Part shown: piece after piece, positions 1 through 12,812 of the stretch
How the letters are laid out: each line of letters starts with the position of its first letter
Position numbering within the stretch: position 1 is the stretch's first letter
Assembly (NCBI GenBank): GCA_964016885.1
Contig: CAXHJY010001097.1
Coordinates: forward strand, 1-64,000
Origin: Eledone cirrhosa
Lineage: Eukaryota
Length of the DNA: 64,000 nt
Direction: 5' to 3'
Position numbers and translations under genes: made by a program
Notes under the pieces: model-generated
The model's database searches: none
Told to the model about the DNA's origin: nothing
Seen by the model: the letters and a program-made list of their open reading frames with translations, nothing else

Positions 1-893
1 CACCACCACCACCACCATCATTACCACACCACCACCCGCAACAACACCCCCACCCCCACCACCACCACACCACAACACCACCACCACCACCACTACCAAC
101 ACCAACACCACCACACCATCACCAGCACACCACCACCACACCACCACCACTACCACCACCATCATCACCACCACCACACCACCACCACCACTACCACCAC
201 CACCACCACACCACCACCAACAACAACAATAACAACAACACACCCACAACCACCACACCACCAACAACACCACCCCCACACCACACCACACCACCACCAA
301 CACCAACAACAACAACACCACCACCACACCACCACCACCACACCACCACCACCACAACACCACACCACACCACACCACACCACCACCACCACCACCACAC
401 CACCACCACCACCACCACCACCAACCACAACAACACCACCACACCACCACCACCACCACCACACCACCACACCACCACCACCACCACCACACCACCACCA
501 CCACACCACCACCACCACACCACCACACCACCACACCACAACCACCACACCACAACCACCACACCACCACCACCACCACACCACACCACCACCACACCAC
601 AACCACCACACCACAACCACCACACCACACCACCACCACACCACTACACCACCACACCACCACACCACCACCACCACCACCACACCACACCACCACCACC
701 ACACCACACCACCACACCACCACCACCACACCACCACCACACCACCACACCACCACCACACCACCACACCACACCACACCACCACCACACCACCACCACC
801 ACACCACCACCACCACACCACCACCACCACACCACCACCACCACACCACCACCACCACCACCAACACACCACCACCACACCACCACCACCAAC

Positions 894-927
<34 letters not shown>
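1..927. repeat. Imperfect (CCA/CAC)n microsatellite grading into (CAA)n
   Basis: Directly visible low-complexity CAC/CCA/CAA triplets. They produce the spurious poly-V/W/C/G tail of the 165..6365 ORF. Confidence 0.95.
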
Positions 928-948
928 GTGTGTAAAGTATGAAAATAT

Positions 949-3900
949 TTATGTCTCATATTGAAAGAAGCCAAAATGTTCCTCTGTAAAAAGATGTCCA
1001 AAAACTGAGATAAACTTGTCAGAGATTTGGAGGCCATTAACGCAGGAAACTCCAGAATCTTCTCCACTGAGATTACTTGGAGGTCACTGTCTACAGATAC
1101 TTGGTAGATAATGGCAGGGTCTCTCCTGTCTGGTGGTCGTGATATATAAATAGTTTCACCATGTGTTGTGAGATATAGTCTGTTATATCTATTATATGGT
1201 GATAGTTGTGGTAGTAGTTGTGGTGGTCGTAGTTGTGGTGTTTCTAATGTCCTGACTAACTGTTCTTCTCTGTACCAACAGATAGAACTGGACCACTCCC
1301 TCCTCCTCCCCTCTGACTTGACAACAACAATGTCTTCACTTGATGTGACACCAACTGCTGAGACTCTCTCCTGCTCCACTACCTCCTCCTCTAACCTGTG
1401 TACCTCCTTCTTTAACCTGTCTTCCTCCTCCCTTAACCTGTCTACCTCCTCCCTTAACCTGTCTACCTCCTCCCTTAACCTGTCTACCTCCTCCTCTAAC
1501 CTGTCTTCCTCCTCCTCTAACCTGTCTTCCTCCTCCCTTAACCTGTCATCCCCCTCCCTTAACCTGTCATGGACCTCCTTCATCTTCTCATTGTCCCTCC
1601 TCAACTCCTCCTCCACCCACTCCAACTCCCCCACCACCCACTCCAACTCCTCCTCCACCCTCCTCCTCTCCCCCTCCACCCTCTCCCTCTCCCCCGCCAC
1701 CCTCCTCCTCTCCCCCACCACCCACTCCAACTCCCCCTCCACCCTCTCCAGCTCCGCCACCTTCTCCTCGTCTCTAACAGACACTTCAACACTGTATTTC
1801 ACTGTTCCACTGTAGATACAAACTATATCTAGATAAGGAGAGTCCCCAGGGTCATATTTAAACACATCACCACCACCACCACCACCACCACATACCTCAC
1901 TGTTATATTTAAACATACGTCTATCACCATCAAAAGCACACACAAGTTGGTAGCCATTCTTTTTATAGATACAGTTGTAATATTTCTCAAGTTTCACCTT
2001 TTTAATGTGAGAAATATCTTCTCTGTAAATCACCATTTTATGATAGTAAAGGAGAATAAAACAATTATCTGACCATCTGCAAATGTCTATTGGTGTTTCT
2101 GGTAATATTTTGCCATGGATTATTTTACCTTCTGTTGTTGTTACTGTGATAATATTCCTCAACATGAACACTGCCACATTGTCATGTAACATAATTAGTT
2201 TACTGTAGTTGATGATGTCCCTCTCATATTCCAGAAAATATTCCTCCTCATCAACCTGACGTCTCTCAGTATATTTAGATATGTCAGAATACATGGGATA
2301 GGAAAGATAAGACATGTTCATAACATGTGGTAAAAATCTCACTGATATTTCATCATTTCCTGAGATACACACTGCCTTGTAATTACCACGTCTCACCTCT
2401 AGTAAATTGTTAATTATTTCACCTGAAGTAGTAGTAGTACATCTTGCTTGAGGCAGATGACAATCCAGACGTAATGTCCCATGTTCCAGAACATTCAGTT
2501 TGTTGTCATCAATCTTTATCATATGATATTCTGTCAAGTTGATATGTCGACAGAAGTAAATATTTTCTTCTATCCTCGATATACGACCATAAGGTAGAGA
2601 ACTGGACCAAACATGATATTCTGTCAAATCTTCCTTCTCTAGTTGAATTAATTGATATTCATCAGGAAGTGTAACCATAATAAAATCTCCTTCTTCTGTA
2701 AAACACACCCCACCAACTAAAGTTTCAATATTTCTGTGACATAACAGTTCCCCATCTCTCTGAAATATTTTAACATTACCATAATTGGTTATTTCATAGA
2801 CAACTGTTTGTCCATCATCAGTGATGTCCATATCTTTTATTTCAACAGAGCTTTGGTCTGTTTTTACACGACAAACAGGGAATGTTTCCCTATTAAGTTC
2901 ATATAAACCTTCAACATATAAACACCTTCTCACCCAGTCATATCCAACAAACCTTGGACCTTTACAGTTAATACTGGTGAAATGTATGTCATGTCTATAA
3001 TGTCTTTTATTTAAAAATATTTCCCTGTATTTACCAGTCTGTGACAAACAAACAATCTGGTAATCTCTGTCATCCAAGTAGGAGCTATATAATCTCCACT
3101 GTCCATAAATGTACAAATAATTGTCATCTGTTGTTATACAGGTGTCTGGTGGTGTGTCATCATAATATTGTCTGTGTGAATGTAAATAACCAGTTTTATA
3201 TCTGAAGAAAGTGATATATCTACCATTGTGAAATATAATCTCATTCTTAACATTAACTACAATATCAGAGATGGGACAACTACCATAACTATAGTGTATG
3301 TCATTGATGAACTCAGGTATGTTTATTTCTTTCTTTACATCCACAGTTGAATGTATTTCATCAATATCAATGACAAACAATCTATGTCTACCTCTATATC
3401 TACCTATATCTCTATATCTATCTCTCTCTACACTACTACACACTAGTTGGTTGTCTAACAAAGAAGCTATACCATAATACCTATGGTCTGTCTTATAACT
3501 TACCAAATACAATGGAAACTCCACTTCTAAAGTTAACAGCTTGTCAGTATCAGTGGTAATGACCAGTGTGTTTGACCCCCAACGACATATATGTTTAGGG
3601 AGATTGTTATTTAATTTGATAAAGTCAACAATTTGACCATCAAATGTTAATATTTTAATGTTGTTGTTATTGTAGTCATATAATGCAATCAGGTTATTTT
3701 CAGTAACAACAACCAAACACTTCTCCTCCTCACCATAACCACCACCCACTGGTGTTGTGTCTACCAAACAAGGAGGAGGTAACAATTCCTTAGCTTTATC
3801 AGAAACTGTCAGATCCTGCAGATATAATGTAGAAGAAAACATTTCACTGACACAGATGTTTCTAGAAAATACATCTACCATGTCAATAAACATGTTAGAC

Positions 3901-6365
3901 TGTTTCCTTGTCACCAGATCTACCACCACAGAGTTATGCCTATTTATAGCCAACACACCATCTTTGTCTATCAGATAATGACAAGTGTTATCAATACATC
4001 CACCATATAGATCAGAAAGTGGTTTAAAGTTGGGCTCCGAAATAGGGCTGGGACCACTTAAAATACCTCGTTGACCCTTTTTTGATATAGTTTTGTACAT
4101 AAACATTTTTTTCTTAGCCACCATAAATATATTTAATGTATCATTGTCTATTGCTAATGAGTTTATTTGACATGGAATAGGGACCCTAGACATTACTTCA
4201 CCCTGGTTATGTTTTTGAACAGATACAATGTCTATATAGTTTGGTTTGTTGTCACAATAACCAACAATTCTACCCTCACCAAACTTCCGTATCTGTACAT
4301 AAGGGTGCTTTAATGATATCATTCTAACTGTTTTTGATAGGTTTCCAATAAGCCTTAATTCTTTCTCTAGGGGTAATGTGACAGCCAATTGACTAGAACC
4401 CCATCTACATATATCTGTAGCTACAGATGGCAGATATAATGTAGATAGCACTTTTATTTCTTCTCCTTCTTTCTTAGAAATGTATAATAAGCAAGAATTA
4501 TTTATGTCAGACACCACCAACTGTCCGTTGGGTAGATAACATGTTTCAGCAATCGCAATTTTATTATCATCCTTTTCTTTGTGTCGTATCGTTGGATTTC
4601 TGATATAAGGATTTAACTTTTTTAAATGACAAATGGATGATTCACAGTTGTAAACAAGAATACTCCCTAGGTTATGGTCAAATAGATATATACTTCCTTC
4701 ACAAATACCATTAGAGAAGCGAGAAGCTACCGGAAGTTTTAATTTCCATTTATATTCTCCATAAATATCATAACATGCCATAATAGAGAGTGTAGGGAAG
4801 ATAACATACAAGTAAAAAGTGTCTGAGTAGATATGATTGGGACGGCTGTTAAAATCAAAATATGTTTCGAAAAGTTCTTCTTCACCTAAACTAGAATGAA
4901 ATATTAATTTACGATATTTCTTATCTAAAATAACAAAATAAGTTGGAGTTGTAGCTATACTGACATCACCATGTTCTAATGATTTTATTTTTTCACATTT
5001 TACCTTGTCTTCCTCAATCTTTAATTTATGGACCTCATTCATTCCACAAGTGGTCAAAGCCATAAACCTATCTAATACTACATGACATATTTGAATGTAA
5101 TTCTTATCTAAACAATAGAGATTACCTTCTTTTAGTTCAGGACATGTAATATGTTGTATATGTTGTATAGTTCTAGTTTTATTGAATAGAACCAGAAATT
5201 TGCTGGAGTCTATTCTGCAAAATCTAGATGGTTTGGACTTAAATATTAATTCCTTACCTCTACACAATTCTGCCCCATTGTAAGTATATAGTATAGCTTT
5301 CAGATTCCTGTATACAACTAATACAGAAGATCGTGACATAGGTAGAATCTCATATATATTGTTAGGGTACTCTATATTAATTTTGTCATTCAAACAGGGT
5401 GTTTGGGTCTTTTGATAATAAGACATCTTTGGCCAAAACTTTTTTGTCTTAAAACAATATATCTGACCAGAAACATCAGATACAAACATATTATTTAAGT
5501 CAAATGTAATATATTGAGTGCTTATCCCAATATCCTTTTGAGAGATGCCACCTATTGAGGAGATCTTATAAATAAGCTGCCCTTGAAATACATAAAAATA
5601 ATTCCTGAAAACGGTGATGTCAGCAGGAATGTCCTTAGAATGGAGGTGAAATTGAAATAATTTACGACCATTCAGATCATAACAGATTATAACGGTTAAA
5701 TTATAAAATATTACTAAAACACGATCGTCTGGCCCTATGGCTATACTTCTCGGCTCATGTTTCACCTCAAATTGCTCAGTATATGTTTTTTCAATCCAAT
5801 TTACCATATATATTTTTTTTTCTAATAATTTAAAACCTAGGAATCTACTATCTTTATAATATGAAATTTTATGAAAGCCGACTTCAAGAGTTTTTATTGC
5901 AACACTAGAGGGTGAGAAGAACAGAATTTGATTGTCAAATGGTAATGTGGCAATTACCACATTTTGGTTAAACCTATCAATATCAGTGACCACTGATTTA
6001 CAGTGTACCATACGACAACAGCCAGTTGGTGGTGTGTACTTTAGTGTTAATACACGTGGGATATAGCTCATAGTACCATCCTTTAAGGGTACAATATATT
6101 TTAATGGTAGAGAGTAATATTCTACAGGGTCTTCTACAGTAACTTTTACAGTGTCTACTACTGGAGGAACAGGTGTATATAATATTTGGTATGGTACTGT
6201 GATATCTTTCTCAAAGGGGATTTCAGTTAACACTTTTACCTTAGATTTATTTTCCCTAATAGTCTGTTGTAGTGGAATCACCAAATCCTCCCTGTCATAT
6301 ACTACTTGGGGTAACTGTCTACTTAGAATTTGGTCTTCTACACTAACTATTTCTGCAGCCTCCAT
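949..6365 (-). CDS. Large uncharacterised protein (~1800 aa) of about 6 tandem NHL-like/TolB-like beta-propeller domains (resembling mollusc TRIM-NHL C-terminal domains) with an internal coiled coil; single long exon, probable frameshift near 1083-1060
   Basis: Open frame >5.3 kb in AT-rich DNA. Recurrent blade motifs at roughly domain-length spacing: EPRSIAIGPDDRVLV, PSRFCRIDSSKFLVL, ATDICRWGSSQLAVTLP, PKHICRWGSNTLVIT, GGVCFTEEGDFIMVTLP, PIDICRWSDNCFILL. The ORF track runs to 165 only by reading through the microsatellite. An alternative frame 1083..949 gives a protein-like end and TAA. Upstream exons may exist (AG acceptors at 6382-6381 and 6376-6375). Confidence 0.75.
1380..1770 (-). repeat. 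Coding 21-bp tandem repeats encoding an acidic heptad coiled coil (EEVDRLR / ELEWVVG / ERRRVEG)
   Basis: Units such as ttaacctgtctacctcctccc repeat with a 21-nt period and stay in frame within the long ORF. Confidence 0.85.
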
Positions 6366-6789
6366 TGTTTGTCTCTACTTCTAAAACTGGTTATATATAT
6401 GTATATATATGTGTGTGTGTATATGTGTTGTGTGTATGAATGTAATTCCAAACACCTTCACAATTTCAAAATTTTCAGATAAATTTACCAAATCTAAAAT
6501 GAAATATAGGAAAAAGAAATATTGATTAGTTTTGTGAAAATATTAGTTTTTCAAATAAATGGATTAATAAGAAAACATCATTTTCTCTAAATATATTAAA
6601 TCCAGCTGTTTATTTGGCAAATATGATCAACAATGAGAATAATCACTAAAAATAAATGTTAACAAAGAAAAATATGATATTACATGTATTGTATGAAGAA
6701 AGTCCTAGTGAGAAAATGTAGTTACACAGAATATAAGTATTGCCAATGAATATATATAAGAAGTATTGCCAACTTGGAGCACCCCCTGG

Positions 6790-7720
6790 TGCTCAAGTGG
6801 TCACACATGCCATTCAAACAAAGAAGGTGGCTTGGAAATAAGTCCTTCTTGCACTTGCAGGACAAGCAGTCATGAAAAGTCACAGCAGAGACGACAGTCA
6901 GGTGTCTAAAATTAAGACATGGGAAATATTTGGGGTTAAGCTGGAATCCAACTTCAGATCAACAAATATTTATGGGCTCATGCACAGCCAAGTTGGAAGA
7001 GGTATCAAGACTGGTGAGTGTAAGATCAGTCGGCTGATTTTGCAGACGTCATCGTACTACTTAACTCAAGAGAAGGTGATCTCTGACATGCATTTGACAG
7101 ATTTGATGCCAAGTGCTGCACGGCAGGAATGAAAATCAGTGATGCAAAGACTGAGACACTCATCCTCTCAAGGAAGCCTGTTTAGTGCACTCCACAAGTG
7201 AATGGAGTTACACCGAATGCTTCAGCATTCGGTCATTAGAAGAAAGGAGGTATGTGTGAAAGCTGAACTCGATATCTTCAATTTGTTTAGGTGCCAACCC
7301 TTAACTATCGTCATGAATCTTGTTTAATGATCGAAAGAATATGATTGCATATACTATTGGCTGAAATGGGGTTCCTTTGAAGGGTCTTTGGAGCAATGTT
7401 ACTCAATAGAATGAGTAACTCGGAGATCAGAGAGTCACTCCAGGTAGAGCCGCTACTTCTCCGAATTGAGAGATCTCAACTCTGATACTACAGACATGAG
7501 GTTAGAATGTCTCAGGAAAGAATTGTTGAAAAGATTTTATGAGCAAAGCCAACCATCAGGAGTACCTGGGGTAGACCCTGAGCAAGATGGTTGGATAACA
7601 TCCATGAGCTTGGCTGGTTTCACTTGGGCATTCAGCTGGATCAGTTGGAGACAGTTGCTTCTGACAGGACCCATTGGAAGGAGTACTTGAGAAATATTCC
7701 CCCACTGCCCTCCTCCCAGG
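6790..7720 (+). mobile_element. Degenerate RTE-clade LINE fragment (RT C-terminal part)
   Basis: Frameshifted remnants (GMKISDAKTETLILSRKP; LRENSEIRESLQVEPLL-like segment), homologous to the minus-strand copy at 7960-9120. Confidence 0.65.
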
Positions 7721-7959
7721 AATATATCAGCAAAGAAGAATATATATATTATAAACCCCATTTGTAAGCCAAGGCAGCTAATCAACACAAGTTTAGGTGG
7801 TGTGGCTTTGAAATTCTCATGAGTATAAAATATATTTATGAAGTTTTAGTATTTTAATCTTTAAAATGTTTTAAGTGTCTTTTAGAATATAGTTTTTGTT
7901 ACACAACTCCATTACATAATGCTTTTTTACCATTTCATCTGTTTTCTTCTTTGCCAACT

Positions 7960-9120
7960 TATTCCTGATAGGGTCAGGGTGTAGAGTCCTCAAACTCTCC
8001 TTCCAGTGGGTCCTGTCAGAAGCAACCATCTCCAACTGATCCAGCTGCATGCCCAAGCACGTCTTGTTCGGGATCCACCCCTGGGTCTTTTGCTGGTTGT
8101 TTTACCCATAACATCTGTCCAGCGATTCTTTCCTGAGACATTCTAACCTCATGCCCAGAGTATTGGCGCTGTCATCTCTCAATTCAGAGAAGTAGTTGCT
8201 CTACCTGCAATGACTGATCTCTAAGCTATGCACTTTATCGAGTAACGTTATTCAAAAGACCCTTCGGAAGTATCCCATTCTAGCCCCATGCCTATAGTAT
8301 CGGAGCTGTGATCTCTCAATTCAGAGAAGTAGCAGCTCTATTCGGAGTGACTTTCTGATCTCTGAGCTACACACTCTATCGAGTAACAATACTACAAAGA
8401 CCCTTCGCAGGAACCTCATTCACGATTATATTTTTTGGGTCATTATCCAAGATTCATGACCCTAGGTAAGGGTTGGCATGAATGTCGAATTGAAACAGTG
8501 AGTTTGGCTTTTACTCCTTCCTACCTTCTGATTAATGAAGCTGGCATATTACTGTACCAGTCTTTGTAATTCTTACACTTAATTTAGCCTCCTGCCTACC
8601 ATCACTCGTGAACATGGCCCCAAGATACTTGAACTTCTCTACCTGCTTCAGTGGAACTCCATTCACATGTAGAGTACACTGCACTGGCTTGCATGAGAGG
8701 ACAAGTGTCTCAGTTTTCACAGTACTGATTTTCATTCCAGCCATGCAGCACTCGGCAACAAACCTATCAAGTGCAAGTCAAATATCATCTTCTGTCGAGT
8801 TAAATAATACCATGTCATCATCAAATTCCAGCCAAGTGATTTTACAGCCACCAGACATGATACCACTTCCAACCCAGCTGCGTATATCAATCCTGTTCAT
8901 GTAAATAACAAACAGGAGAGTTGACAGTATACACCCTTGGTGGAGTCCAACTCCCATATTGAATGGTTTCTATTTAACACCATTTATCCCAACATAGATA
9001 CTCAGACATTGATATAGAGACATCAGGGCAGCAAGAAGTTGACTATCAATCACATACTCCTGTACAGCCTACCACAGCAGGTGGCCAAGGAACGTAGTCA
9101 TATGCCTTCTCAAGGTCAAC
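7960..9120 (-). mobile_element. Degenerate RTE-clade LINE fragment without PHD insertion
   Basis: ORF 8532..8744 GMKISTVKTETLVLSCKPVQCTLHVNGVPLKQVEKFKYLG. An upstream GVGLHQGCILS and DLEKAYD RT motif region lies near 8930-9120. Confidence 0.8.
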
Positions 9121-9481
9121 AAAATATATGAGTATATACAGTATATATAATATTGTATGGACCTAATAAAATAGTACATTTAACTTACGTATTTTATAAT
9201 CACTTTCGTCGATTTCATTGGTTTTGTATTAGAAACTGGTAATTGGGAATCTGAAATAATGGAATATTATTGATAAAAACATTTTTATTTTTACATAAAT
9301 GTAAGTAAAGTCTCAAAAATAAATTTTAAATAACAAAAAAAGAAATTATGAATATAAAACTGATATTATCATCATCATCATCACCATCATACATGTGTAT
9401 TTCTGTGCTGGATAGGTTGGATGGATTGTTACAGACCAACCCAATATTTAATAAAAGCTACTGTCTTCTTACAGACCGAAT

Positions 9482-9512
<31 letters not shown>

Positions 9513-9516
<4 letters not shown>

Positions 9517-9706
9517 AACCAGTAAGACCCCGACAGCTGAGCTCAAGCCGTTTCGACGGCTAATTCTGAGTCCAGAATTAGCCGTCGAAACGGCTTGAGC
9601 TCAGCTGTCGGGGTCTTACTGGTTCCTATTACCCACTCTACTACCTCAAGTATTGAGTACTTTGGTGCGTTATGGTCCACCTGGTTCCTTACCACATTTC
9701 CTTCGT
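9513..9706 (+). mobile_element. Penelope-like fold-back element, family B (perfect 56-bp inverted arms + ~78-nt tail) in (TA)n; carries the 3' half of a hammerhead
   Basis: Arms 9513-9568 and 9573-9628 are reverse complements. The right arm reads stem II-GAAA-CGGCT tgagctc AGCTG-TC-GGGGTC. Flanked by (TA)n on both sides. Confidence 0.7.
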
Positions 9707-9769
9707 TATATATATATATATATATATACCTTTCTATGTTATTATTTACTATCTCACACTTTTTAATAA

Positions 9770-9990
9770 TTGTTTCTACTTTAGGAACAAGGCCAGCAAT
9801 TACCCCAGTGCATTACTGGTACTTTATTTTATCGACCACGTAAGGATGAAAGGCAAAGCTAACCCCGATGGGATTTGAACTCAGACCATAAAGGAACAGT
9901 CAGCAAGGTTAAAATTAACAATAAATATTAACTGAAGAATTTAGTATAACAGTAAGTGTTCATCAAAGCTCCGTCCATAGCCCCCTCCTG
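9770..9990 (-). mobile_element. Degenerate tRNA-derived SINE
   Basis: B-box-like GAGTTCAAATCCC on the minus strand at ~9870-9882, followed by a SINE central-domain-like sequence (cctttcatcct...ggtcgataaaataaagtaccag). Confidence 0.5.
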
Positions 9991-10009
9991 TTTGTTATTC
10001 CCCTTCAAG

Positions 10010-10833
10010 CTATAACAGAGGGGTTTAAGACTGGCTGCCCATGGGAACTTCTATATGCAAATTATCTAACTCTCATAGCTGAATCTATGGCTGAACTAGA
10101 GAACAAATTCCAAACATGGAAGCATGGCCTAGAATCAAAAGACCTTAAAGATAACTTATCTAAGACTAAAGTTCTGGTACGTAGAAAGGAAAATAGGGCA
10201 CAGGTGCCCACAGGGAAATGACCATGCTCAGTGTGTAGGAAAGGAGTAGGTAGAAATTCCATTCTATGCCCCAAATGCAAACTATGGGTACATAAAGATA
10301 TAGTGGGATCACAGGCAAGCTATCTAAGAATGTAGATGGTTCTATAGAGACATGGGTATTGTCTGCAGAGGACATGCCCAGATTGGAAAGGAACGAAGCA
10401 TGCATGCTCCATTGGAAGTGTAATAGTAATATACATGAACAGTAAAACAAACAAACTAAGTGAGAAATTAGGATTAGAGGAATCAGATGCTGTTTACTTG
10501 AGAGAAGACTACGTTGGTATGGTGATGTGATGCACATGAAAGATGACAGCTGTATAACAAAGTGCAGGGCGATCAAAATTGATAGAAGTTACGGAGTAGG
10601 TAACCCCAGAAAAACCTGGGGCGACATGATCTGACCTTACATATTTAGACCTCTCTAAGACAATGTCACTGGATCGAGATTTTGGCGCCACACAGTAATA
10701 CAGAAGACCCACCTTCCCGATGTCCTATATGAGCAAGACACGGTCACCTGATCAATCTTGCCTCAAGTGGGACAATTACCATCTAACCCATGCTAGCATG
10801 GAAGATCTACGTTAAATGTTGATGATGATGATG
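10010..10833 (+). mobile_element. 5'-truncated, decayed RTE LINE with (GAT)n tail
   Basis: High similarity to the RT/PHD/C-terminal part of the 22599-25877 ORF (FKTGCPWELLY...), with internal deletions and a GAT tail at ~10820. Confidence 0.9.
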
Positions 10834-11411
10834 ATATATGTGTGTATAGGATATATATATATATATGTATGTAGAAAACATATGTGTGTCTATATATATG
10901 TATAGGATATATATAGTGTATATATAAAATGTATGTATGGTATATGTGTAAAAAAAATATATATGGTGTGTGTATACGATATATATATATATATGTATGT
11001 AGAAAATAGATATGTGTATATGTGGTGTGTATATATATGTATGTTTATGAAATATATGTATATATATGTATGTTTATGAAATATATGTATATGTATGTAT
11101 AGGAGTTTATATATATATATATGTATGCATATAAAATATATGTATGTGTGTATGTGATATATATATCTATATATGTGTATGTACAAGATATGTATAATAT
11201 ATATGTATGTTTAGTGTGTATGTGTGTATATATATATACACCCAAGTTAACCAGGAATCTATAAAATTCTTCCCACCGAAGTTAACAAAGAACCAACTCA
11301 TATTATTATAATATTATAAAATTAAATCAAATATTTTTTAACACTACATGTGAAGTCATTCTTTTCCTTTTCTTCAAATAAACCTAACAGTACCAAGGAT
11401 CTCACACATGT

Positions 11412-11451
<40 letters not shown>

Positions 11452-11455
<4 letters not shown>

Positions 11456-11829
11456 TCCACGCTGTAATGTGGTCGTGTAGGTAACACGGTAAAAAGTTCC
11501 CAGTTCCACACTGTAAATGTGGTTAGTCTTAGGAAGGGCATCCAGCCGTAGAAAACCTGCCAGATAGTCCTATATGAGCGACACATGGTCACCCGACCAA
11601 CCTTCCCTCAAGTGGGACAACTCCTGTCTAACCCATGCTAGCGTGGAAAATGGACGTTAAACGAAGATGATGAGGATGAGGATATATATACATACAGCAC
11701 TCACTGTAAATGAGGTTGGTGTTAGGAAGGGTATCCAGCTGTAGAAATCAAGCCAAAATCAGTTACTGTCCCACCCTTGCAAGCAGGGAAAAAGCGGACG
11801 TAAAATGAAATGATGATGATGATGAAATG
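11452..11829 (+). mobile_element. Two short LINE/SINE 3'-end fragments with (GAT)n tails
   Basis: Matches the LINE 3' UTR module (cactgtaaatg.ggttggtgttaggaagggcatccagc.gtagaaa) and ends in GAT repeats. Confidence 0.8.
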
Positions 11830-12602
11830 ACAAAGGTGAGTCAAAATATAATGCAATTTTTGTCATAGAAAACATCATACTTCGGGACTGGGCATATCAA
11901 AAGTTCGAAATAACAGAGGTAAACTTGGTTCCATCATTATCTTTTCCTGCTTATTTCAAGATTCACTTCTTTTAATATTTTCAAATATCAATACTTCCGG
12001 CTAAGATATAATGGACGCTATATCACATTGCTTATATTTCCATCACTAAATTTCACCATGATGCAGTTTATATATAATATCATCTTTTTTAAATGTATCA
12101 TGGATTACTTTACTGATTACAGAAGAAAGTGTAACACACTCTCTTCAATTTCTGTGGATATTGTCAATTACAATTTTATTTGAGATATCATATCTACATG
12201 TATGTATATTTGTGTATAATATCAATATACACACTACACATGCCAGCAGAAAACCAACACAACAGCAACAACAACAAAAAACAAGACAAAGATTACCAGG
12301 TAACTTACTTTTTAGTCTATTTTACATTGTTTAGTCTTATATTACTTTCCACATTTTACGTATATGTGTGTGTATTTGTATATATATATGTATTGAGTGC
12401 CTTATATGCTGTGGTTATCCCGATTTCACTCGGGATCTCACACACACACACATATATATATGTATGTTTGTCTCATCTCACACACACACATATATATATG
12501 TATGTTTATCCCAGGTTCAATCTGGGGTAACCACAGTAAGTACGGTACTCAATACATAGCAGAGTATGAATATTTAATATAGAAATGGCTTTTAATCAGG
12601 AA

Positions 12603-12651
12603 GCTTCCTGATGATTTCTCCCGAATGAATCAAGTCTAGTCCTATAGAAGC
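12603..12651 (+). ncRNA. Degenerate type I hammerhead remnant within a small inverted repeat (12571-12669)
   Basis: GCTTC-CTGATGA...GAAT (not GAAA)...ATA-GAAGC. Stem I is intact, but the GAAA box and stem III are eroded. Confidence 0.4.
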
Positions 12652-12680
12652 CATGTCTATATTAAATATAAATATATATA

Positions 12681-12812
12681 TCATCATCATCATCATTTTA
12701 CGTCCACTTTTCCCTGCTTTCAAGGGTGGGAAGGGTCCTATTCAGCACAGCATCTCTGCATTTGTCACAGTCCTTCGTCATCTCCTTGCCGAGTTTCAGC
12801 GATCTGAGGTCT
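12681..12812 (-). mobile_element. Extreme 3' end of an RTE LINE with (GAT)n tail
   Basis: The reverse complement matches 20490-20610 (gacctcagat.gctgaa.ctc...gatgacgaaggac.gtgacaa...cccacccttg..agcaggga..gtggacgtaaaatgatg). Confidence 0.85.

Noticed and set aside
165-927. C-terminal ~250 aa (poly V/W/C/G) of the 2066-aa ORF and the overlapping short ORFs
   Set aside because: Read-through of a stop-free (TGG)n microsatellite, not credible protein.
1-927. Possible telomeric repeat
   Set aside because: No TTAGGG-type unit; an irregular CCA/CAC microsatellite.
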